Source of the DNA: Rhodospirillales bacterium
GTDB lineage: Bacteria > Pseudomonadota > Alphaproteobacteria > Rhodospirillales > JASLLZ01
DNA: 64,000 nucleotides
Assembly: GCA_030754885.1 (NCBI GenBank)
Contig: JASLZL010000021.1
Span: forward strand, 3,003-67,002
Direction of reading: 5' to 3'
Part shown: in pieces, positions 8,804 to 17,406 of the stretch
How the letters are laid out: every line of letters begins with the position of its first letter
Position numbering within the stretch: the first letter of the stretch is position 1
Program-made: the position numbers and the translations under genes
Notes under the pieces: model-generated
Seen by the model: the letters and a program-made list of their open reading frames with translations, nothing else
What the model was told of the DNA's origin: nothing
Databases searched by the model: none

Positions 8804-9303
8804 ACCACCAGGTCACCTATTTACACTGTGGAGAACATCTCAAAGGGACTTTGAAGAGCGAAATGGATGAGGTGGTCCATATCGTGGAACTAATAGAGTG
8901 GGAGAGAGAATTCAAAGTTGGCAAATCAGGCTCAACACTTCTTCATCAAACTGCCTACAACAAGAGATTTGAGGCGGAATTCAAGAAGTTGGGGTGGGAA
9001 ACGAAACCGATGTTGAGTCAGAGACCTCGACTAATAGGGGATTTTCGGAAAAACCTGGTGTTTGTGGAGGTCCAATTTGGAAACAGCGCAACCCTTTATC
9101 GAGATTTTTATAAATTTCAGTATGGTCTCCAGAATGGACTTCTTTCACTGAGTGTCTTAATCGTACCCATCAATCCGAAGGAGTTCTTTCCCACTCGACC
9201 TCGAAGTGTCAGCAACATGGCAGAGTATGATTTGGCACTTCGATATTTTTCTGTTCTGCCAATTTCAGTCCCTACAATGGTCATTGGTTTGCTTGCGAGT
9301 TGA
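8800..9303 (+). CDS. BglII/BstYI-family restriction endonuclease-like protein (no cognate methyltransferase nearby)
   Basis: QTAYN..F...F...GW, then GDFRKNLVFVEVQFGN.....RD..KF (D...ExQ active-site signature); AT-rich. Confidence 0.8.
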   Translation: MNHQVTYLHCGEHLKGTLKSEMDEVVHIVELIEWEREFKVGKSGSTLLHQTAYNKRFEAEFKKLGWETKPMLSQRPRLIGDFRKNLVFVEVQFGNSATLYRDFYKFQYGLQNGLLSLSVLIVPINPKEFFPTRPRSVSNMAEYDLALRYFSVLPISVPTMVIGLLAS

Positions 9304-9365
9304 GGGATCCTGTTGCGAAGAGTATCCAACCTATGAATTGATCTTGGGCCATAGATGCGTTGGGG

Positions 9366-9557
9366 TCACCATGGTAACAATCTCCTCTGACTTTCTCTCG
9401 ATTGCTTGGGCACGACGGTGTTAAGGCCGTCGTTGCCGCCGAACAGTTCGACCAGCACCACGGTCCGATCCCAGCGGGCGTCGCCGAGGGGTGAACGGAA
9501 AGGTATCAGCGCCATGGGAAGCGCGCCGGCAAGGCTCAAGAAATGGCGGCGGTTCAC
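9366..9557 (-). pseudogene. Truncated DUF1501-family gene (Tat signal plus first motif only)
   Basis: GTG NRRHFL...VLVELFGGNDGLNTVVP, then unrelated sequence from 9407 and a stop; the intact paralog at 18383-19609 is 408 aa. Confidence 0.85.
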
Positions 9558-9568
9558 GAACCCTCTCC

Positions 9569-10906
9569 TCACTTGAGTTGAAACGCCGGATCGAGCAACA
9601 GGCGGCGCTGGCGTGCGTGAGGCCCCTCGCCCGCGATCACCGGCACCGCTGCCGGTAGCGGCAAAAGCAAAGGCGCCAACCGGCCCGCCGGGGCAATCGC
9701 CGTCTTTTCCGCGCTTTGCCACACGTCGAGCAGGAAGGCGTGGCGCGCCGGCAGTGTGGCCGAGGTGATCCACGTCGTCCCTCCCGGCCATCCTCTGACG
9801 TTGGGCGGGTCGAGAACGTCCTGGCCGAGCCGGCGGTTGAACGACGCCAACCAGCCCCTGTCGTCGGACCTGAGCTGCAACAGGCGCAAGGTGCCGACGC
9901 TCAGGTCGATCGGCGATTTAACGAGGACACCACGATTGGCGGCGGCGCGGAATTGGGGTGAATTCAGAAGGCCCCTCAACAGCGGTCCAAGGACATGGCT
10001 CGAACGGCGGAATTGGGTGGCCAGCCGGTCAACCTCGGTGGGCGCCGGGGAAGGGGAGACGAAGACGCGCCATAGCTTCTCTGTGATGTGTTTGGCGACG
10101 CGCGGCTCGTCGAGCACGATGTCGATGATGTCGTCGCCGGTGAAGCGGCCCCGGCGCCCCATGAAGGTCTTAATGCCGCCGTCGTGCAGGTCGCTGGCGA
10201 AGGTAAAGCCGCCACTCTCGGGATCGATCCGCCAACCGGTGAAGGCGCGGGCCGCCTCGCGGATATCGCCCTCCGTATAGCCACGGCCTTCGCCGAAGGT
10301 GAACAGCTCAAGGAATTCGCGGGCGAAGTTCTCGTTCGGATTGCCGGCGCGATTGGTCTGACCGTCGAGATAGAGAAGCATGGCCGGCTGCTTGGCCACT
10401 TGGCGCAGGAGGTCGGCGAAATTGCCCGCCGCGTGGCGCCGGAACGTAGCGTTCTGGCGGTAGATGTAGGCCGGCCACTTGACCTGGCGCAGGGACGAGG
10501 GAAGGTGGTTGTGCCAAAAGAGGACGAGGCGCTCGGTCAACGGCGAGGTGGTCTCCAGCATTTCGCCGAGCCACCATTCCCGAAGGTCGCGGCCGCGCTC
10601 TCTCCTTCGTGCCCGCAAGGCCCGCTGCTCTGCCGCCGAGAGTGCCGCCCAAGCGGCGGGTGGCGGCGGCCTTTCCCCGACCCAGGGCGGCGGCGGCGTC
10701 ATCGGTTCCCGGCGCAGGCCGCCGAGCAGGCGGTCCACCGCCGCCGTGTGATCGAGGGGCATCAGGGCGGTGACGCTGTCGACACTTGGCGCGCCGAACC
10801 CGGTGCGGCTCAACAGATGGCGCGCCTCATCGAAGGTCAGGGCGTGGGCCGGCCAGCCGAGGGCCAGGACGAGGGCGAGGGACGCCACGGCGGCAGGACC
10901 GAGCAC
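9569..10906 (-). CDS. DUF1800-family exported protein (copy 1)
   Basis: ARHLLSRTGFG, ERLVLFWHNH, PAMLLYLD, PNENFAREFLELFT, PPNVRGW; GTG start after GGGGA chosen to match the paralog length. Confidence 0.88.
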   Translation of the reverse strand: MLGPAAVASLALVLALGWPAHALTFDEARHLLSRTGFGAPSVDSVTALMPLDHTAAVDRLLGGLRREPMTPPPPWVGERPPPPAAWAALSAAEQRALRARRRERGRDLREWWLGEMLETTSPLTERLVLFWHNHLPSSLRQVKWPAYIYRQNATFRRHAAGNFADLLRQVAKQPAMLLYLDGQTNRAGNPNENFAREFLELFTFGEGRGYTEGDIREAARAFTGWRIDPESGGFTFASDLHDGGIKTFMGRRGRFTGDDIIDIVLDEPRVAKHITEKLWRVFVSPSPAPTEVDRLATQFRRSSHVLGPLLRGLLNSPQFRAAANRGVLVKSPIDLSVGTLRLLQLRSDDRGWLASFNRRLGQDVLDPPNVRGWPGGTTWITSATLPARHAFLLDVWQSAEKTAIAPAGRLAPLLLPLPAAVPVIAGEGPHARQRRLLLDPAFQLK

Positions 10907-11004
10907 GGGAAATCCCCAGCCCGCCCTGCCGCGCCGGGCGCCCGTCCGGCGCCCAGCGATAGTGTTTTGCCCGGCGAACACTAGGCCGCCCTCGCCGGGG
11001 CTTT

Positions 11005-11346
11005 TTATTTCCCTGCCGTGGCCACGATCTCGACTTGGAAGTCGTTGGCCAGGACCGCCTGGACGCAGGCGCGGGTCGGGCAGTTGTCGGGATCGACCCA
11101 TTCCATCCACGCCTCCTGCATCTCCTCCCACTTATTCATGTCGGAGACATAGATCAGGGCGTTCAACAGCTTCGACTTGTCGGTACCGGCGGTGGCCAGA
11201 TATTCGTCGATCTTGGCCAGAACCTGTTGGGTCTGGCCCTTCATGCCCTGGGTGATGTCGGGCGCCGTGCCGACGCACATCACCATTCCGTTGTACTCAA
11301 CGATCTGGCTGCGGCCTGGGTTTCCGGGGGTGCGGGTAATAGTCAT
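11005..11346 (-). CDS. RidA/YjgF family protein (YoaB-like)
   Basis: GTDKSKLL, W..WVD...PTRACVQ, VEIVATA; AAGGAGG RBS. Confidence 0.88.
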   Translation of the reverse strand: MTITRTPGNPGRSQIVEYNGMVMCVGTAPDITQGMKGQTQQVLAKIDEYLATAGTDKSKLLNALIYVSDMNKWEEMQEAWMEWVDPDNCPTRACVQAVLANDFQVEIVATAGK

Positions 11347-11421
11347 TGTTTCCTCCTTGGACATTCGGTGAAAGTCGGTCGGAGGAGTTATAGACCGTGC
11401 CCGCCGCGCGGCCAACCGTGG

Positions 11422-11751
11422 CTATTTGGCCGCCTGGGCGACAATTTCAATCAGGCAGCCACCGGCCAGGCCAACCTCGACGCAGGCGCGCAAGGGACGG
11501 GCCTCGGGATCGACCCACGCCATCCAGGCTTCTTGCATGTCTTCTTTGCGTTCCATGTCGGTGATGAAGACGGTCGCCGACAGCAGCCGCGACTTATGGC
11601 TGCCGGCCTCAACAAGAAGTGCATCGATGGTTGCCAATGCCTGCTCGGCCTGCCCCTTGAGGTCGGCGGCGGTGGCGACCATTTGAACCACGCCATTGAA
11701 CTCAACGTATTTGCTTCTTCCCGGATTGCCGGGCGCGCGGGTGATTGTCAT
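11422..11751 (-). CDS. RidA/YjgF family protein (tandem paralog)
   Basis: MTITRAPGNPGRS..., GSHKSRLL, PLRACVE, IEIVAQA; AAGGAGG RBS. Confidence 0.86.
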   Translation of the reverse strand: MTITRAPGNPGRSKYVEFNGVVQMVATAADLKGQAEQALATIDALLVEAGSHKSRLLSATVFITDMERKEDMQEAWMAWVDPEARPLRACVEVGLAGGCLIEIVAQAAK

Positions 11752-11911
11752 GACGTCCTCCTTCAATGGGATAAGATGAAGTGCCGCGGCCTTGATAGAC
11801 CACATTCGAGGTACGGCACCAGCCCGCACCCCTGCTCGGCCACCCATGGCATTGTAAGCTCGGGGTGGCCGGGCGGGGTTGCGGGCTGGTGCCGCATAAA
11901 CCCTTAACGCC

Positions 11912-12784
11912 CTAAACGATTTTTTGGATCGGCAGTTCCAGAATGCCCTGGGCGCCGGCGGCGCTGAGCCTGGGGACGAGGGCGCGCACTTGGTCGCGCT
12001 CAACCACCGTCTCGACGGCCAGCCAGTCGGTATCGTAGAGGTGGCTGACGGTGGGGGCGTTTAGGCTGGGCAACAGCTTGACGATGGCATCGACCTTGTC
12101 GGACGGCGCGTTCAGCTTCAACAGCACCTTGCCGCGTGCCGTAAGCGCGCTGGTCAGCATCATGGCCATCTGGTCGATCTTGGCCTTCTTCCACGGATCG
12201 GCGAGGGCCGACTTGTTGGCGATCAAGACGGTGTGGGTTTGCAACAGATCGCAGACGATGCGCAGGCCATGGGCGCGAATAGTGCTGCCGGTTTCGGTAA
12301 TCTCGACGGCGGCGTCGGCAAGTCCCTGGACCACCTTGGCCTCGGTGGCGCCCCACGAGAACTCGACATCGGCCTTGACACCGCGCTCCGTTAGGTAACG
12401 CCGCGTGAAGCCGACCAGCTCGGTGGCGATCTTGCCGCCCTCCAGTTCCTCGACCTTGGTGACGTCTGAGTCCTTGGGCACCACCAGTACCCAGCGCGCG
12501 ACGCGGTCGGAGGCCTTGGAATAGACCAAATCGCAGACCGTCTCCACGTCGGCCTCGGTTTCCATCACCCAGTCGAGACCGGTCAGCCCGGCGTCCAGCG
12601 CGCCGCCGGCGACGTAGGGCCCCATCTCTTGTGAACGGACCAGGGCACAGCTCAGCTCGTCATCGTCGACGGACGGGAAGTAGTTGCGCGAGCGCGAAGA
12701 TATGGCCCAGCCCGCATCGGCGAAGAGCTCGACTGTGGCAGCCTCTAGGCTACCCTTGGGGATTCCCAGTTTCAGTTGCGGCAT
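11912..12784 (-). CDS. hisG: ATP phosphoribosyltransferase, long form with C-terminal regulatory domain
   Basis: LGIPKGSL, DAGLTGLDW, GATEAK...ADAAVEITETGST, C-terminal LPSLNAPTVS...GAQGILELPI. Confidence 0.93.
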   Translation of the reverse strand: MPQLKLGIPKGSLEAATVELFADAGWAISSRSRNYFPSVDDDELSCALVRSQEMGPYVAGGALDAGLTGLDWVMETEADVETVCDLVYSKASDRVARWVLVVPKDSDVTKVEELEGGKIATELVGFTRRYLTERGVKADVEFSWGATEAKVVQGLADAAVEITETGSTIRAHGLRIVCDLLQTHTVLIANKSALADPWKKAKIDQMAMMLTSALTARGKVLLKLNAPSDKVDAIVKLLPSLNAPTVSHLYDTDWLAVETVVERDQVRALVPRLSAAGAQGILELPIQKIV

Positions 12785-12854
12785 GACGGTTTCCAGCTTC
12801 GGCGTTTCGGCCCGAGCCAATAGCAGGGCCGGCCGCCCGTGGCAAGCTTGGCAA

Positions 12855-13730
12855 TCACCGACGCAGCACCAGGGTTGTCCAACCATCGAGGGTGATGCGG
12901 CGTTGGAGACGCAGGCCACGGCGGCGGTGCGGCGAGAGCACGCGGGCGGCCTCGTCATCCAAAAGGCCGGCAAGGACGACGACGCCGCGCCGCGCAAGGT
13001 GGCGTTCAAGACCCGCCGCCAGACGGCACAGGGGCCGGGCCAGGATGTTGGCGACGATCAGGTCGTAGGGCGCCCGGCGACGTAGCGCCGGCGCCCGGTA
13101 GCCGTTACTCGCGACCGCCTTGAAGAGCGCCGCCACCCCGTTGCGCTTGGCGTTCTCGGCGGCGACGCGCACCGCCTCGCCGTCGACGTCGGCGGCGACC
13201 ACCCGGCAGCCCCAGGTCTTGGCCATGGCGATGGCAAGGATGCCCGAGCCGCACCCAAGGTCGAGGCCATTGCGGAAATGGCTTTTGGGCGCCAGTTCGT
13301 CGAGGGCCATGAGACAGCCCCGGGTCGAGCCATGCTCGCCCGAGCCGAAGGCGGTGGCAGCGTCGAGCCGAAGCCCGATCCGGCCGGCTGGCACGGAGCC
13401 CCGGAAATGGGAGCCGTGGATGAAGTAGCGTCCAACCTCGACAGGTGGGAAAGCACGCCGGTTCAGGGCCAGCCAGTCGCGCCCCGCCAGCCAATCGACG
13501 TCGAGTGCCGGCGGCGCCAGGCCGAAGGCCGCCGCGACCTCGCCGAGCAGCGCCTCAAGCAGCGCCCGGTTGGGCTTGTTTTCCGAAATCACCTCGACGC
13601 GCGCCCGGCCGCCAACGGGTTCGGTCCACGAGGTACTGCTGGCATGGGGTTCAAGGGCCTCGGCGAAGGCCGCCGCCGCTTGGCCCGCAACGTCGAGCCG
13701 GATCCGCCACAGGCCGGGGGAGACGGCCAT
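12855..13730 (-). CDS. prmA: Ribosomal protein L11 methyltransferase
   Basis: AFGSGEHGST, LDLGCGSGILAI, DLIVANILA. Confidence 0.9.
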   Translation of the reverse strand: MAVSPGLWRIRLDVAGQAAAAFAEALEPHASSTSWTEPVGGRARVEVISENKPNRALLEALLGEVAAAFGLAPPALDVDWLAGRDWLALNRRAFPPVEVGRYFIHGSHFRGSVPAGRIGLRLDAATAFGSGEHGSTRGCLMALDELAPKSHFRNGLDLGCGSGILAIAMAKTWGCRVVAADVDGEAVRVAAENAKRNGVAALFKAVASNGYRAPALRRRAPYDLIVANILARPLCRLAAGLERHLARRGVVVLAGLLDDEAARVLSPHRRRGLRLQRRITLDGWTTLVLRR

Positions 13731-13736
13731 ACCCCC

Positions 13737-15956
13737 TCACGCCTGGGTGACGAAGCTTGTCATCACCTTCTTATGGCCGGCCTTTTCGAAGTCGATCTCC
13801 GCCTTATCGCCGTCGATGGCGACGATGCGGCCGTAGCCGAATTTTTGGTGAAAGACCCGCTGGCCTGTTGCCAGGTTCTCGTCTCCGCCGCTGGGCGGCG
13901 CCAACCAGGTCGCGTCGGCCAATGGAATGGCGTGGGGGACGGCGCGCTGCCTTCGGCGCCACGAACGGTCCTCGCCACCCCCTTGGCCGCCGTAGAGGCC
14001 GGGCTCGGTGGTGTGATCAACGCAATCGGCGGGCAGTTCGTCGATGAAGCGCGACGGAAGGGCGCTTTGCCACTGGTTGTAAATACGCCGGCTGGCAGCG
14101 AACGAGATTATGGCCCGGTGACGCGCCCGGGTGAGGCCGACGTAGGCCAGGCGCCGTTCCTCCTCCAGGCCCTTTTCCCCTTCTTCGTCGAGGGCGCGTT
14201 GGTAGGGAAACAGCCCTTCCTCCCAACCGGGCAGGAAGACAGTTTCGAATTCCAGGCCCTTGGCACCGTGCAGCGTCATCAGGTTAACCTTGTCGTCGAT
14301 GGTTTGGTCGTCGTTCTCCATGACCAAGCTGACGTGTTCCAAAAATCCGCCCATGGTATCGAACTCGGCCAGCGCCACGACCAGTTCCCTGAGGTTATCC
14401 AGGCGGCCCGGCGCCTCTATGGACTTGTGGTTCTTCCACATCTCGGTATAGCCCGATTCGTCGAGCATCAAGCCGGCCAGTTCGGCGTGGGGCATGGTAT
14501 CGAGGAGCGAACGCCAACGCTCAAAATCGACCATCAGCCGCGCCAGGCTGCCCCGTGCCCGGGGTCTGATCTCGTCGGTTTCAATAAGGCGGCGGACCGC
14601 TTGGGTCAGCGGAATGCCCTCGGCGCGAGCCAGGCGATGCACGGTCTGCAAGGTTGCCGCGCCGAGGCCGCGCCGGGGCACGTTGACGATGCGTTCGAAG
14701 GCCAGGTCATCGCTGGGCTGGACGATGATGCGGAAGTACGCGATGGCGTCGCGGATCTCCATGCGCTCATAGAAGCGGGGGCCGCCGATGATGCGGTAGG
14801 GAACGCCCAAGGTGATCAGGCGTTCCTCGAACTCACGGGTCTGGAAGCCGGCCCGTACCAGGACCGCCATCTCATCCAGCAAATGGTCCTTGGCGTGCAG
14901 GGCCTCGATTTCGTCGCCGACCAGGCGCGCTTCTTCGGCGCCGTCCCAGACACCCCTGACGCGCACCTTCTCGCCTTCGTTAACCTCGGTCCACAGCGTT
15001 TTACCAAGGCGGCCCTGGTTGTTGGCGATGAGGCCGGAAGCGGCGCCCAGGATGTGGGGCGTCGAGCGGTAGTTGCGTTCCAACCGGACGATGCGGGCGC
15101 CGGGAAAATCGCTTTCGAAGCGCAAGATGTTGCCGACCTCGGCACCGCGCCACGAATAGATCGACTGATCGTCGTCGCCGACGCAACAGAGATTGCTGTG
15201 CGAACGGGCAAGCAGGCGCAGCCACAGGTATTGGGCGACGTTGGTGTCTTGGTATTCATCGACCAAGATGTAGCGGAATTGGCGCTGGTATCTATCCAGC
15301 ACCTCGGCGTTGTCCTGGAAAAGTTCCAGCGCCAGCAATAAAAGATCGCCGAAGTCGACGGCGTTGAGGGTCTTGAGCCGCTCTTGGTATTGGGCGTAAA
15401 GGACCAGGGCCTTGCCGTCGGCCACCTCCGAGCCCTCGGCGTCGGTAACCTTGTCGGGGGTCAGCCCGCGGTCCTTCCAGCGCTGTATGACGCCGAGCAC
15501 GACCCGGGGCGGCCATTTCTTGAGGTCGATGTCTTCGGCCTCTAAGAGCTGCTTCAACAGCCTTTCTTGGTCGTCCGTATCCAAGATGGTGAAGTTAGGG
15601 CGTAGTCCCACCGCCTCGGCGTGGCTGCGTAGGATGCGGGCGCTAAGCGCGTGGAAGGTGCCGATCCACCAGCCTTCTACCGGTCTTCCAAGGAGCCCCG
15701 CGACCCGGTCCTTCATCTCGCGTGCTGCCTTGTTGGTGAAGGTGACGGCGAGCATTTCCATGGGCCGCGCCTTGCCTTCCAGCAAGATGTGCGACAGGCG
15801 CGAGATCAGCACCCGGGTCTTGCCGGTGCCCGCCCCGGCCAGCACAAGAACCGGCCCCTCGGTCGTCTCAACGGCTTCGAGCTGGCTCTCATTGAGGCCG
15901 TCGAGATGGGTGGCGGCGGGCGGCGCGGATGGGTGGGGGTCGAGGGAGCCGGACAT
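13737..15956 (-). CDS. uvrD: UvrD/PcrA ATP-dependent DNA helicase
   Basis: AGAGTGKT, VDEYQD, VGDDDQSIY, NYRS, HGAKGLEF, EEERRLAYV; C-terminal Tudor-like HQKFGYG. Confidence 0.95.
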   Translation of the reverse strand: MSGSLDPHPSAPPAATHLDGLNESQLEAVETTEGPVLVLAGAGTGKTRVLISRLSHILLEGKARPMEMLAVTFTNKAAREMKDRVAGLLGRPVEGWWIGTFHALSARILRSHAEAVGLRPNFTILDTDDQERLLKQLLEAEDIDLKKWPPRVVLGVIQRWKDRGLTPDKVTDAEGSEVADGKALVLYAQYQERLKTLNAVDFGDLLLLALELFQDNAEVLDRYQRQFRYILVDEYQDTNVAQYLWLRLLARSHSNLCCVGDDDQSIYSWRGAEVGNILRFESDFPGARIVRLERNYRSTPHILGAASGLIANNQGRLGKTLWTEVNEGEKVRVRGVWDGAEEARLVGDEIEALHAKDHLLDEMAVLVRAGFQTREFEERLITLGVPYRIIGGPRFYERMEIRDAIAYFRIIVQPSDDLAFERIVNVPRRGLGAATLQTVHRLARAEGIPLTQAVRRLIETDEIRPRARGSLARLMVDFERWRSLLDTMPHAELAGLMLDESGYTEMWKNHKSIEAPGRLDNLRELVVALAEFDTMGGFLEHVSLVMENDDQTIDDKVNLMTLHGAKGLEFETVFLPGWEEGLFPYQRALDEEGEKGLEEERRLAYVGLTRARHRAIISFAASRRIYNQWQSALPSRFIDELPADCVDHTTEPGLYGGQGGGEDRSWRRRQRAVPHAIPLADATWLAPPSGGDENLATGQRVFHQKFGYGRIVAIDGDKAEIDFEKAGHKKVMTSFVTQA

Positions 15957-16074
15957 GGAGCCTGTATAGCACGGCCCGGCCCCGGCTTAAGAGCCTATCG
16001 TCGGCACGGGTTTGCGCCCGGGACCCAGACGGGTACCATTGGAAGGCTCAAGCCTGGAATAAAGGATGCGCGCC

Positions 16075-16557
16075 ATGGCTCAGTGCCCCTGTGGCTCCGG
16101 CCTCGATTTCGATGGATGCTGCGGTCCCATCCTGGGCGGTGCGCCCGCGCCGTCTCCGGAAGCGCTGATGCGGTCCCGGTTCACGGCGTTCGTTCGCGGC
16201 GATCTGGATCATATCGAAAGCACCCATGCCGCCGAAGTGCGCGATACCTTCAACCGCTCGGCGGCCGAAAGCACGGCCAGTTCGGTCGAATGGGTCGATT
16301 TGGAGATTTGCGAGACTTCCGACGGCGGCGAGGGTGACGACATTGGCACGGTCGAGTTCAGGGCGCGCTTCAAGAAGGACGGCGAGTTGATGGTTCATCA
16401 CGAAAAATCAAATTTCCGCCGCGAAGAGGGACTATGGGCCTACGTCGATGGCAAGATGAACCCCAAGGGCAAACCGCGCCGGGTCGAAAAGGTGGGACGT
16501 AACGCGCCGTGTCCGTGCGGGTCGGGAAAAAAATACAAAAAATGTTGCGGGGCCTAA
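16075..16557 (+). CDS. ychJ: YchJ/UPF0225 family protein with N- and C-terminal SEC-C motifs
   Basis: CPCGSG...[40 protein letters not shown]. Confidence 0.9.
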   Translation: MAQCPCGSGLDFDGCCGPILGGAPAPSPEALMRSRFTAFVRGDLDHIESTHAAEVRDTFNRSAAESTASSVEWVDLEICETSDGGEGDDIGTVEFRARFKKDGELMVHHEKSNFRREEGLWAYVDGKMNPKGKPRRVEKVGRNAPCPCGSGKKYKKCCGA

Positions 16558-16563
16558 GCGACG

Positions 16564-17349
16564 ATGGACCGCCGATTCTCGTGCACCGCCTGCGGTAAGT
16601 GCTGTTACGGCTTGGTGCCGCTGACGATCGATGATGCTCTTGCCCATGCCGATAAATACCCGCTGGTCGTGATCTGGACGCCGGTGCGCCAAGGCGGGCG
16701 TTCGTTTCGCATCACCGCCGATTTGGGCATCACCATCGAGATTAAGAAACACAAACGGGCGGCTGTTCAGATTGCGCCGACTGCCTATATTCCGCCCACT
16801 TTGCCCTGTCCCGAGCTGAGCGAAGACGGACTTTGCCGCATCCACGACGCGAAACCTCAGAGGTGCCGGACCATGCCGTTCTCGGCCTATCGTGATGAAA
16901 ACGATCAAGAGGATCTGACTTTACCCCGACCCGGCTGGGAGTGTGATACGTCGGACGCGGCGCCGGTCGTTTATGGCGACAAAAGCATCCTTGATCGAAA
17001 CGACTTCGAGATTGAGCGCAAACAGCTTGTTCGCGATGCGGCTATCTTGAAGCCCTATGCCGAATGGCTGCTCGACAGCGTGCCGTCCCTGAGACCGGAA
17101 CTTCAGAAAATTGCCATGAAACCTAGCGGCGGTCGGGTCGTGGTCGGTTTTTCCACCCTTATCCCCAGGCTCCCGAAAGTCGATATCTATGCCTTCGCCC
17201 GCAAACAATTGCCTGTGATGAAGACTTTCGCGGAAAGAACCGTGGGTGATCCGGGTCTGGTGGATTTTCACCAACGCTACGTCGATGGCCGGACGGAGTG
17301 GGAAAAGGTTGCTCGCCCAAATTCTGGTACGCGCGCCGGTTCCGTCTAA
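16564..17349 (+). CDS. YkgJ/CxxCxxCC family cysteine-cluster protein
   Basis: FSCTACGKCC, CP.L...GLCRIH..KPQRCRTMPF. Confidence 0.85.
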   Translation: MDRRFSCTACGKCCYGLVPLTIDDALAHADKYPLVVIWTPVRQGGRSFRITADLGITIEIKKHKRAAVQIAPTAYIPPTLPCPELSEDGLCRIHDAKPQRCRTMPFSAYRDENDQEDLTLPRPGWECDTSDAAPVVYGDKSILDRNDFEIERKQLVRDAAILKPYAEWLLDSVPSLRPELQKIAMKPSGGRVVVGFSTLIPRLPKVDIYAFARKQLPVMKTFAERTVGDPGLVDFHQRYVDGRTEWEKVARPNSGTRAGSV

Positions 17350-17406
17350 CCCGGCTTTGGGTTAGGCTTCCCTTCACGGACACAATTTTCGACGGGGGGA
17401 AAGCGG

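Larger units (their letters stand above)
6815..9407. mobile_element. tRNA-Val-integrated genomic islet (remnant; right att site not seen)
   Basis: Integrase immediately 3' of the tRNA; visibly AT-richer cargo; right edge abruptly interrupts a DUF1501 gene. Confidence 0.8.

Noticed and set aside
9304-9407. attR or an additional gene at the islet's right end
   Set aside because: No match to the tRNA-Val 3' end; only a weak imperfect inverted repeat (CCAACCTATG/CATAG..GTTGG) and no credible ORF.
10907-11131. Long N-terminal extension of the DUF1800 ORF, and similar extensions on hisG, gabD, metH, ridA and ettA
   Set aside because: They overlap neighbouring genes or precede better RBS-supported starts; these are longest-ORF artefacts.
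13278-15341. 687-aa plus-strand ORF, and many similar long ORFs (e.g. 177-1325, 37970-39424, 39560-40744, 22165-23376)
   Set aside because: Antisense shadows of well-supported genes (uvrD, gor, metH, clc), expected in high-GC DNA; no recognisable motifs.
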